DNA from: Candidatus Poribacteria bacterium
Lineage (GTDB): Bacteria; Poribacteria; WGA-4E; UBA9662
DNA: 13,915 bases
Reading direction: 5' to 3'
Assembly: GCA_046582655.1 (NCBI GenBank)
Contig: JAYGDX010000383.1
Span: 1 to 13,915, forward strand
In this document: positions 1-8,548 of the stretch, piece after piece
How positions within the stretch are numbered: position 1 is the first letter of the stretch
How the letters are laid out: every line of letters starts with the position of its first letter
The notes under the pieces: model-generated
What the model was told of the DNA's origin: nothing
The model's input: the letters and a program-made list of their open reading frames with translations, nothing else
The model's database searches: none
Position numbers and translations under genes: made by a program

Positions 1-9
1 AAGGTAGGG

Positions 10-1047
10 ATGCCAAGAGAACTCGTCGCTGTTGCACCAAGAACTCCTGTATTACGTGAGTATGAGGAACAACCTCTCAAACCAAATGAACTAAGAATAA
101 AAAGTATCTTTTCCGCGCCTAAGCATGGTACAGAGCTCAGACCCTATCGCGCCGATACTAAAGATCAGACTTCGCCTTTTGATGGTCAAAAGCGTATTCA
201 TATTGGAGAAGGAGGCGATCCAAAATTCCCGATTCAGTTGGGTAACATGGCAGTTGGTAATGTTATCGAAGTTGGTCAGGAAGTCGCATCTTCTCAGATT
301 GGAGATAAAGTTTTTGGGCACCTGCCAATCCGAGAAACACACACCGTCAATCAGGGAAGGATTAAGAAAGTTCCCGAAGGTATGTCATCGGAGGCGATTG
401 TGTATTCCGATCCAGCGGGTGTCGCCCTCTGTGCAATTCAGGGGAGCCAAATATGCCTTGGGTCATCTGTGATTATATTCGGATTGGGTGCTATTGGTCA
501 GATGGCTTTACAACTGGCTCGGCTTCAAGGAGCAAGATGGATTGCCGTATCTGATCCGATTCCAGTCAGGCGAAAGGTAGCTAAGAATCACGGTGCGGAT
601 TTGGTAATAGATCCAACTATGGATGACGTGGGATTTATCGTCAAGGATCAAACTGAAAACGCCGGAGTTGATGTTTCCATAGAAACAAGCGGCAGTTATG
701 CTGCCATGAATGATGCTCTCCGTGCAACTGCCTACGGTGGGAAAATTGTCTCCGCCGCCTATTATACTGGTGATTCTAGCGTACTAAGCTTTGAAGGCGA
801 ATGGCACAGGAATCAATTGACAATCATATCGACTCGTGATGTCAATAGCACGCTAAGAGATCATCCACTTTGGAATACTCCGCGTCTACACACAGAAGCT
901 TTTGCTTTACTACAAGAAGACAGGATTTCCGTAGATGGTCTCGTTCATCCAATTGTGCCCTTTAGCCAAGCGGCAGAAGCATATCGTGTCATCGATGAAA
1001 AACCAGCAGAAAGCATTAAGCTTGGAATCGTAGCAGACGATCAGTAA
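10..1047 (+). CDS. MDR-superfamily (zinc-binding alcohol dehydrogenase-like) oxidoreductase, 345 aa
   Basis: GroES-like N-domain (GxVIEVGxxV...GDKV) and Rossmann GLGAIG motif. The usual catalytic-Zn Cys segment reads SAPKHGTE and there is no four-Cys structural Zn loop. Purine-rich AAGGTAGGG lies before the ATG. Confidence 0.88.
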   Translation: MPRELVAVAPRTPVLREYEEQPLKPNELRIKSIFSAPKHGTELRPYRADTKDQTSPFDGQKRIHIGEGGDPKFPIQLGNMAVGNVIEVGQEVASSQIGDKVFGHLPIRETHTVNQGRIKKVPEGMSSEAIVYSDPAGVALCAIQGSQICLGSSVIIFGLGAIGQMALQLARLQGARWIAVSDPIPVRRKVAKNHGADLVIDPTMDDVGFIVKDQTENAGVDVSIETSGSYAAMNDALRATAYGGKIVSAAYYTGDSSVLSFEGEWHRNQLTIISTRDVNSTLRDHPLWNTPRLHTEAFALLQEDRISVDGLVHPIVPFSQAAEAYRVIDEKPAESIKLGIVADDQ

Positions 1048-1133
1048 CCAATACCAATAAAGACTGCCTCTGAACAAAAGAGCCAAAATATTCTAGTAAC
1101 CAATCGATAATGCCGGCTTTACTTGTTTGATAT

Positions 1134-1868
1134 CTATTGATGGGGAGCAATTTTGTCAACCCAGGCATTGACCACTGCCTCCACCATAATCTGCCCGTGT
1201 TCGGCATTGGCAGTCCAGCTATTTTTTTCTTCATCTTGGCGGCAGTACCAAGGCGCATTATCGTCCAGTTGACCCTGTTCCACCAATTCAGGACAGGTGG
1301 CAAGGAGAAAAGAAGTCTCGTTGTATCCAGCGTGGTCGCCACCTGCAGGAGGAGAGGCTGTGGGTAGGATCATCGGTTGGACTTCAATTTCACCCCACAC
1401 TGATCCAACTTCATCTTTCAACGTTTCATTACCCCACCAACCACGAGGATATCCTTTTTCCAAGATTCCTTCAAAGGCCAATTCTGCCGCAGCTTTTTTG
1501 AAAGCCAGAGCCAGCGGTGCTTCCATTCCTTGGTGCATGATGATGACATAGATCTTTTTAAACCCCATCTGGCGAAAGTTCTTCAGGATTGCTTTGACGT
1601 GATTGCCAAATGCCGTGTAGTCGGGGTCTATGGTTCCATCCTCTGGGCTACCGAGTGCGTAACCAGTTGGGCCGTAATCAAAAGAAGGAGCAATGGTAAC
1701 ATCAACTTTTTTGGCAATTCGGGCACAAATTTCTTCTACAATAATTGTGTCGTGACCAATTGCCATATGAGGACCATGGGTTTCAATACAACCAGCAGGT
1801 ACAAGCAAAGAATAGCTCGAGGCCACAGCCTTTTTCAATTGATACGGTCGCATGTGTTTCAGATACAT
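1134..1868 (-). CDS. Creatininase / creatinine amidohydrolase family protein, 244 aa
   Basis: Motifs PxGxIETHGPH, GHDT, HQG (usually HGGN) and DHAGxxETS. AAGGA RBS upstream. Confidence 0.88.
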   Translation of the reverse strand: MYLKHMRPYQLKKAVASSYSLLVPAGCIETHGPHMAIGHDTIIVEEICARIAKKVDVTIAPSFDYGPTGYALGSPEDGTIDPDYTAFGNHVKAILKNFRQMGFKKIYVIIMHQGMEAPLALAFKKAAAELAFEGILEKGYPRGWWGNETLKDEVGSVWGEIEVQPMILPTASPPAGGDHAGYNETSFLLATCPELVEQGQLDDNAPWYCRQDEEKNSWTANAEHGQIMVEAVVNAWVDKIAPHQ

Positions 1869-1926
1869 AGATATTTCCTTTATATAAGGTTTTTAACCAG
1901 AGGACTGGTCATCTTTGAGATAGGAA

Positions 1927-2904
1927 TTATGTGTATTCTTGTAAGATTTCCTCTTGTAGATCCCGATCAATGTTTGCCCCGGAACAAATAAGGCAAACAT
2001 GTTTGTTTTTGAGAAAAGTCTTCATTTTTAAGGCTCCGGCTAAAGCGGCAGCCCCAGCACCTTCAAGCAGATATTCAGTATGACAATAAAACAAGCCCAT
2101 TGATCGTTTCAATTCAAGTTCACTAACCAGAACTATCTCGTCAACAACTTCCAGCATTAGTGTTACTGCTTCCGGAATTGCCATCCTAACTGCCATCCCA
2201 CTGGCAAAGGTATCACAACTGTTAGTGTTTATAGGCAAGCCAGCTTGAAAGGAAAGCGCCATACAAGGGGCTTGTTCCGCTTGGACACCTATCACTCGAA
2301 TTGATGGATTAAATTCTTTGAGTACGGTTCCGATTCCCCCTATTAATGCGCCGTTACCAATCGGAACAATGACAACCTCGGTTTTAGGCAGTTGTTGGAT
2401 GATTTCCCAGCCGATAGTCGAAGTGCCCGCAAAAATTTCAGGGCACGAACCATCTTCGACAAAGATTGCGCCCTCTGAAAACGGACGGTTCCGGAAAATC
2501 TCCTTAGTCTCATCCAAATCATGTCCGATAAACTCCAGTTCAACCCCGAATTGTCGTATCAATTTGACTTTACTTTGATCACAGCCGATGGGTACGCCGA
2601 TGGTGAGAGGGATTTTATACTGTTGACAGGCGAACGCCATTGCTGCTCCGTGATTTCCTGTAGAAACAGTGATAATTCGAGAAATTTCCTGACTGGAAGC
2701 AATTTTGCTAACGAAATTTAAGGCCCCTCGGATTTTAAAGGACTTTACCAGATTCAGGAACTCGTACTTCACAAACACGTCAGCTTGTATCATTCGGCTG
2801 AGTCCCGATTCCTGGGTCAAAGGCGATGGTTGCAGGAACCTATCCAGAATTCGAGTTGCAGCGATTGTCTGCTCACGAGATGGTCGAAGTGAAATGTTAG
2901 ACAT
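1927..2904 (-). CDS. PLP-dependent fold-type II Ser/Thr dehydratase (serine racemase-like), no ACT domain, 325 aa
   Basis: SFKIRG (PLP lysine), STGNHG, PIGNGALIGG phosphate loop and C-terminal SGANID. Confidence 0.9.
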   Translation of the reverse strand: MSNISLRPSREQTIAATRILDRFLQPSPLTQESGLSRMIQADVFVKYEFLNLVKSFKIRGALNFVSKIASSQEISRIITVSTGNHGAAMAFACQQYKIPLTIGVPIGCDQSKVKLIRQFGVELEFIGHDLDETKEIFRNRPFSEGAIFVEDGSCPEIFAGTSTIGWEIIQQLPKTEVVIVPIGNGALIGGIGTVLKEFNPSIRVIGVQAEQAPCMALSFQAGLPINTNSCDTFASGMAVRMAIPEAVTLMLEVVDEIVLVSELELKRSMGLFYCHTEYLLEGAGAAALAGALKMKTFLKNKHVCLICSGANIDRDLQEEILQEYT

Positions 2905-2938
2905 AGGCTACGATTGTTATCAAGCTGACATCAAATAG

Positions 2939-4025
2939 TTATGCAGAAACGATTGTCATTTGCTTCATTTTGTCTTCGTCTAGTTCAATGCCCAACCCAG
3001 GGCCTTCTGGAGGATACAGGTAGCTTCCTTCAGCACGCTTCAGCACGGATCCGCTTTTTTGCCGGAGAGGTGGTATAGAGCACAGGGCCCATTGGATCAC
3101 AAGGAAGATTCAGGTTAGGCATGGATACCCCGACATGGACTTGGGCGGAGGTGCCTAAAGTCGATTCTTGATCGGTACCAATCAGGCATTCAAGACCTGC
3201 CGCTTCAGCCAGAGCAAACAGTCGACGAACATAAGTAGGCCCACTAGCGACGCAAGCAACATTGAATATGGTACACGCACCTTGCTGAATAACTTGATAG
3301 CCATATGGTAAACTGCCAATATGTAGGCTAACTGGATAATCAACACGCTTGGTAAACTCCACACAGACCTGAAGATCCCGTGAAGGTTGTTCAAAATGAT
3401 AGGGTGCGTGATGACGAATGTCATCTGCGTAGCTAAGAGCCGTCTCCCAATCGGTGAACCGTCCCGAAAAGTCGAGTTGTTTGAGTTGAATCTGTTCCCC
3501 GTAACGGGACTTCATCTCAGTCAGAAACAAGTCATCCAGCTCTTTGTTTCCTGATACATAATATCGAAAAAGATGATGACCCAGATTAACTAACCGCTGT
3601 AGATAACTGGCAGACTGCTCAAAGTTTTCCTGTACTTGCCAACCGAAAATCGGGTAACAGCAGTATATCCGATCACGCACCTTTCCACCCAGCAACATGT
3701 AAGCTGGTACACCCTGTGCTTTGCCGTTAAGATCATAAAGCGCCAGGTCAATTGCTGAAACCAAATGTGCGTTGGAAATGGTGCTGCCGAAATTTTCCTG
3801 TCGAAGCATTTCGTTAATCTCCACAATGCGAGTGGCATCACAACCGACCAAAAGCTGATTATATCGTTTGGTCAGACTGGAAAGGTTTGCTGCTCTACTA
3901 TCTGAGGCTTCGCCTAGTCCTACTAACCCATTTTCAACATAGATCTTGACAATGACATGACCTGAGATCTTTCCGTAGTAACGTGGCGTTTCAATCTGGA
4001 AGGCTTCGACCCTCGTAATCTTCAT
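2939..4025 (-). pseudogene. Mandelate racemase/muconate lactonizing enzyme (enolase superfamily), frameshifted near the 3' end; 358 aa if repaired
   Basis: N-domain GLGEA...SAIDLALYDLxGKxxGVPxYxLLGG. The ORF stops at RAEAC* (3030) because of a 10-bp tandem duplication at 3028-3047. Removing one copy gives RAEGSYLYPPEGPGLGIELDEDKMKQMTIVSA* (TAA at 2939-2941), restoring the family PGLGIE motif. AGGAG RBS upstream. Confidence 0.88.
3028..3047. repeat. Perfect 10-bp tandem duplication CTTCAGCACG x2
   Basis: Directly visible at 3028-3037 and 3038-3047. Confidence 0.97.
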
Positions 4026-4120
4026 TTTCTTCTCCTAACCACTACCAGTTTAAAGAATGGTAACAGTTAGCTGATATTCCGTTCGATATCAATCAGAGAT
4101 TGGTTGCCTACCAGCGTCGA

Positions 4121-5704
4121 CTAAAGTCCCGAATGTTCATAGACACCTAAATCCGGATCTTGATCACGATGAAAATTTTTGCCCATTAGGTACTTAATTT
4201 CTAGTTCAACATCACGGATATAGATTTGAGAGGCTACATCTGGTGCCTGTTGAAGCAAGGATACCTGAAGCGTGTTTTCACCTTTTTTCGGCCATCGATC
4301 TTGATCTAGCCGATAGATGAACCAGTAACCAGAACCCGTACGATAGCGTGGTGCCTGCATCCGATAAATCTGGTTAATCTTTCTCAATAGGCTGTCCGGT
4401 AACTCTATGTTGTTGAGGTGAAAACTTAATTGATCTGTTTCAACAGTATTCATTACCCGTACGCGTAAAAAGACTTCATGCAGTCGTCCTACCCGATTCC
4501 AGTGTGCTAAGTCATCGCTAATCTGAAACTTTAGCTCACTCGCCTTATTGGTTTCCAGCGTAACAGGTAAACGCATGGCTAATCCTGGTTCCATGGTTGG
4601 TTTGGGGTAACGTCCCGTCTCAGTTGGAATATAGTAGTATTTGTCTTGGGATACCATAATTTCGGGATATGGCAGTTCACGCAACTTTTGGTAAAAAGAA
4701 GCTTGGTAAGGCCAATTACCGAACCAGTGCGCCAGGTAGAGGCCATCGATTCCTTGATCCCAATAATTGCAGGCAGCAGCACGAACCATTTCAATAGTTG
4801 CTTCCCCCAACCGGTCTGAATCCACATGACTATGAATAGCCGCATGAACTCTACAATTGGTGCCTTGTGTGGCAGCAACTAAAGGTCGAAAATCTGTCAT
4901 TTGATCTAGAAGTTCGGGACCTGATAATGACTGACCGATAACCACATCAACAATTTCCTGCTTCAACCAGGAACAAACGTCCAATCCCAAGTCTAAGCAT
5001 CCTTCAATGCTAGCTGGAATACGGATAGCCAACTCACGTTCAGATCCGCTACTTTTAACGGCATCGTATACTCGTCGAATCCAAGCCGTCATAATTTCCC
5101 GACCAATTTCATTTTCATCCGGATGAAAATAATAGGGTGAATAATTGAGTTGCAATTCAAAACCATCAACCGAATACTTGTTCAAGGTTTCTTCAATGAT
5201 AGTAAACCGTTCTTCCCGTACTTCTTCATGCTTGAAATCCAGACAGGTTAAGCCGAGAAAATCATCACTTAGATCTTCGTTAGCACCAATTTCCAGATGC
5301 GTGTTATCGAAGCGGAAATCAGAACAGCGGACATCAGAACTGCGTTCACCACGCCCTTGCTGTACCAACAAGGTTGGATAAACCTTCATCCCCACAGCTT
5401 GGGCACGGTCACAAATCAGTCGTAAAGGATCATCCCCTTGTTGGATAAGGTCTGCGGCATTCTGATGGGCACGACGAAAAACCAAATGGGGCCAATCCTC
5501 CACATTATGTCCCCAGAGTTCTCCAATTTCGGTGTCGTGCAGGACGGTACGGCCATCCCCCAAACAAAACATGATTGCTTCTACTGGTGTACCAACCAAC
5601 TCGTTTATTGCTGATTCGTATTCTTCTTTTTGTATTGGCGGTTCATACATGTAAATCAATGGATGGCGTCCATCATGGTAAAACATGATTCGTGGTTGTG
5701 ACAT
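4121..5704 (-). CDS. Glycoside hydrolase-like TIM-barrel protein (GHL10-like) with a C-terminal beta domain, about 527 aa
   Basis: Long ORF with LDFxxxEVR...IxExLxxYxVDGFEL and WxxGIDGLYL motifs. Likely start is MSQPRIMFYHDG (ATG at 5704); the 5791 start in the ORF track has no support. Confidence 0.65.
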   Translation of the reverse strand: MSQPRIMFYHDGRHPLIYMYEPPIQKEEYESAINELVGTPVEAIMFCLGDGRTVLHDTEIGELWGHNVEDWPHLVFRRAHQNAADLIQQGDDPLRLICDRAQAVGMKVYPTLLVQQGRGERSSDVRCSDFRFDNTHLEIGANEDLSDDFLGLTCLDFKHEEVREERFTIIEETLNKYSVDGFELQLNYSPYYFHPDENEIGREIMTAWIRRVYDAVKSSGSERELAIRIPASIEGCLDLGLDVCSWLKQEIVDVVIGQSLSGPELLDQMTDFRPLVAATQGTNCRVHAAIHSHVDSDRLGEATIEMVRAAACNYWDQGIDGLYLAHWFGNWPYQASFYQKLRELPYPEIMVSQDKYYYIPTETGRYPKPTMEPGLAMRLPVTLETNKASELKFQISDDLAHWNRVGRLHEVFLRVRVMNTVETDQLSFHLNNIELPDSLLRKINQIYRMQAPRYRTGSGYWFIYRLDQDRWPKKGENTLQVSLLQQAPDVASQIYIRDVELEIKYLMGKNFHRDQDPDLGVYEHSGL

Positions 5705-5713
5705 GTCAACATG

Positions 5714-5743
5714 GATGCCATATTCAAATCTGGATATGACATC
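5714..5743. repeat. 30-bp imperfect palindrome between the SD and the start codon of the GH-like gene
   Basis: Minus strand GATGTCATATCCAGA/TTTGAATATGGCATC: 12 of 15 positions are Watson-Crick pairs, two are G-U and one is a mismatch. Confidence 0.7.
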
Positions 5744-5902
5744 TACCTCCTCTATTTTTTTTAGACGGAAATTGCATGAATTAGAACCCAAAAATTTAGT
5801 AAGGAAGAGTCAGTGGTTTGCTGCTAAGCCAGTCATTGGCCACACTGGTGTCCAAAAGTTAATAGTATTGTGCATTAGATATCAATAGAGATCAATCTTT
5901 GA

Positions 5903-5911
5903 ATTATATCA
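5903..5911 (-). promoter_or_regulatory. Extended -10 promoter (TGATATAAT) for the GH-like / enolase / dehydratase / creatininase operon
   Basis: Exact TGnTATAAT match on the minus strand in the 5792-6008 intergenic region. No clear -35. Confidence 0.5.
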
Positions 5912-6008
5912 TCACAGGCCTCGGCTATTTCACGCTTGGCACCAGGCTGCAGACCAATTTACGGCATTTGGATGTGGTTATGATGGACATAGGATCGATG
6001 ACAAATTT

Positions 6009-7097
6009 TCATTCAAGAACATGCTTTTGAATCAGGTATTTTTTTGCTGCTTCACGATTTAATGTGTAACCAAGACCTGGCCGACCCGGGACTAAGAAAC
6101 AACCGTTCTGAAAAGGAAAATCCTCGTTCACCAATGTATTCTCCCATGCCATTGGGCCAACCATATCATAAGGTTGGGTTAAGTTGGGCATGCAGGCTGC
6201 TACGTGTAACCCCATGGCAGCTCCAGGTCCGTATGCTACGGTTTGGCTCCAACCACCCATGCCAAGTTGATGGGCAAGATACGACTGATTAATTGTTTCA
6301 ATGTAACTAGCAGACCCTATAATGGCGTAGTCAAGTGCTTGCGATTGAAAGGCTGTGATGAGGTTGGTGCCGCCAATGTGATCGGCAATCGGTAAGTTTA
6401 TCGTCTGTCGCAACCGGCGCCACTCTGAAAAAGTGCCAGCTGCAGATTGTTTTCGTATTGGGCTTTCCAGACAATCCAGACGATGATTTTGCAACCGCCG
6501 CGCAAGTTCTTGGGCGACCCACACCTCCTCCAACCGCCACCGAATATCAGGCCGCACAATCATATCTGGCAATATTTTATGGATAGCCTCAACTCGATCC
6601 GTAACGTAACGGATTCGTTTCTCTGGTGTCCCTTCGGCTTCGGTAATACATTTCATCTTATAGGCAAGAAAACCTTGTTCCCATCCCCATTGCGCATCGT
6701 CTGCAGTATGCTCTGTCGTTTTGTATCCAGTACATTGGGTAACCGGAATTCGGTCCCGCAAGCGTCCACCAAGGAGTTGCCAGATCGGAACGCCAAGTGC
6801 CTGACCACGTAAATCCAGAACCGCTTGTTCAAAAGATGCTGTCATGGGAGACTCAATTAGGGCTAGGTTAAGCTTTAGAACGTCTTGACCAAGCCAAGAA
6901 TTCAAGATTGAGATCATGGTTTCCGGCGGTGTATTACGCTCAATTTGAGTTAAGCCAATAAGTCCAGCGTCAGTCTCTACTTCCGCAATACCGTGCTCAG
7001 ATCGTTGGTGCATGGGCTGTCCGTAAACATCGTCAGACCACCACCATCTTCGTTCCGGGACATTGACGACATAGAGTCTAATCCGGCTAATCTTCAT
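6009..7097 (-). CDS. Mandelate racemase/muconate lactonizing enzyme (enolase superfamily), 362 aa
   Basis: MKISRI start with a purine-rich GGGAAG upstream; AVLDLRGQALGVPIWQLLGG; KMK (KxK) motif; candidate metal ligands in RPD, LESP and IADH; C-terminal RPGLG. Confidence 0.9.
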   Translation of the reverse strand: MKISRIRLYVVNVPERRWWWSDDVYGQPMHQRSEHGIAEVETDAGLIGLTQIERNTPPETMISILNSWLGQDVLKLNLALIESPMTASFEQAVLDLRGQALGVPIWQLLGGRLRDRIPVTQCTGYKTTEHTADDAQWGWEQGFLAYKMKCITEAEGTPEKRIRYVTDRVEAIHKILPDMIVRPDIRWRLEEVWVAQELARRLQNHRLDCLESPIRKQSAAGTFSEWRRLRQTINLPIADHIGGTNLITAFQSQALDYAIIGSASYIETINQSYLAHQLGMGGWSQTVAYGPGAAMGLHVAACMPNLTQPYDMVGPMAWENTLVNEDFPFQNGCFLVPGRPGLGYTLNREAAKKYLIQKHVLE

Positions 7098-7320
7098 CTC
7101 TATCTTCCCGCTATCTGTTATTCCTGTTAATCGAAATCCATTAATTGAACGAGTTCTATCTTCCTTTAAGATTATAAGCGAATTAGGTTGCTGTGCCAAT
7201 AACAAACATGGTAGGATCCTAAATCAAATCCGCATGTTATTGTAGAGATTTAAGTACAGGGTATTATTTATCAGTAAATACCAATCCAAAACCAAAGCGA
7301 GCTAGCATATATTTGTAAAA

Positions 7321-7331
7321 TTGTATCCAAC
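7321..7331 (+). promoter_or_regulatory. Candidate operator TTGTATCCAAC, copy 1
   Basis: An identical 11-mer is at 8500-8510. Both copies begin 49 nt before the ATG of the downstream gene. One mismatch from the palindrome TTGTATACAA. Confidence 0.45.
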
Positions 7332-7369
7332 GCACGAATTTTTCAATTATTTGTTTTGGAGGAAATGCT

Positions 7370-8455
7370 ATGGAAACTTATCGTGTCGGTATTATTGGCT
7401 GTGGTCGGATTGCTAGTAAAATGGAGGACGAGTCCGATGAACACCCGATTTCAATTGCTGGCGCCTTTGATGCCTTATCCAATACCAAGATCGTTGCTGC
7501 TTGCAATCGTGGTTCGGAAGGTCTCCATACTTTTGGTGAAAAATGGGGTGTAGATGCCCTCTATCATGATTATCAGAGGATGTTAGACAAAGAAACTTTA
7601 GATATTGTCTGTGTGGCTACGCATCCACCGTTACATCAAGAAATGGTGGTCGCGGCTGCTGAAGCTAGTGCCAAGGGAGTATTTTGCGAGAAACCGATGG
7701 CATTGAGCCTAGGCGATTGTGACCGGATGCTTAGGGCCTGTGAAGAAAGCGGGACAAAATTGTTGGTCAACTGTTCACGTAGATGGTCGGGCGAATACCA
7801 AGCCGCTAAGGACTTACTGGACTCCGGTAAACTGGGACCGTTACTACACGTCATTGGTCACTGCCAAGGGTGTAAGCCTTCACCCAGCTGGGTGGCGGAT
7901 ACTGAAGGCCCGTTACTACATGATTCTGTACATACTTTTGACATACTGCGTTTTTTTGTTGGTGATGTGACTTCAGTGCTTGGCACGGCACGAAAACGAA
8001 TACATCACGAATTTCATGTGGAAGACACCAGTTATGCCTTGCTACAGTTTCAAGATGGTGTGGATGGTGTCGTGATTAGCGATGAGCTGACTGAATATGA
8101 ACGTTGGGATGTAGAATTACAATGTGAAAGAGGAATTATAAAACTAGGTTTTGGGGCTGGAGTTTGGCGATCTCAACCAATTGATTTTGAAAGCGGGGCA
8201 TGGTGGGCATTGGAACCAGAGATTTTGCCGGATCCCATCTGGACTGAAACATCAATGATGAAGGCAGGACAGGATTTAATAAATTGTATCCAAGAGGATC
8301 GACACCCTCGATGTAACGGTCGAGATGGTCGGGCAGCTATTGAAATTGTTATGGCTATCTATGAGTCTGAACGGCGTAACAATTGTTGGGTTGATCTACC
8401 GATTGGTGTACAAGAGTCTTTAGTTGACGTGTTGCGAGCGGAAGGGAAACTATAG
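7370..8455 (+). CDS. Gfo/Idh/MocA family NAD(P)-dependent oxidoreductase, 361 aa
   Basis: GIIGCGRIA Rossmann motif, CEKPMA and the HDSVHTFD catalytic segment. GGAGGA RBS. Confidence 0.93.
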   Translation: METYRVGIIGCGRIASKMEDESDEHPISIAGAFDALSNTKIVAACNRGSEGLHTFGEKWGVDALYHDYQRMLDKETLDIVCVATHPPLHQEMVVAAAEASAKGVFCEKPMALSLGDCDRMLRACEESGTKLLVNCSRRWSGEYQAAKDLLDSGKLGPLLHVIGHCQGCKPSPSWVADTEGPLLHDSVHTFDILRFFVGDVTSVLGTARKRIHHEFHVEDTSYALLQFQDGVDGVVISDELTEYERWDVELQCERGIIKLGFGAGVWRSQPIDFESGAWWALEPEILPDPIWTETSMMKAGQDLINCIQEDRHPRCNGRDGRAAIEIVMAIYESERRNNCWVDLPIGVQESLVDVLRAEGKL

Positions 8456-8499
8456 TTGGGTTTATGAAAAGCAAACATCACACAGCTATTAATTCAGTT

Positions 8500-8510
8500 T
8501 TGTATCCAAC
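8500..8510 (+). promoter_or_regulatory. Candidate operator TTGTATCCAAC, copy 2
   Basis: Identical to 7321-7331, at the same 49-nt offset from the ATG at 8549. Confidence 0.45.
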
Positions 8511-8548
8511 AAGGCACCAATTCCAATGAATAATTGGAGGGGTTAATT

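Noticed and set aside
5760..5900. Riboswitch in the long leader of the GH-like gene
   Set aside because: Only a short CCAGT/ACTGG stem is visible and it matches no riboswitch consensus I can recognise. A covariance-model search would be needed.
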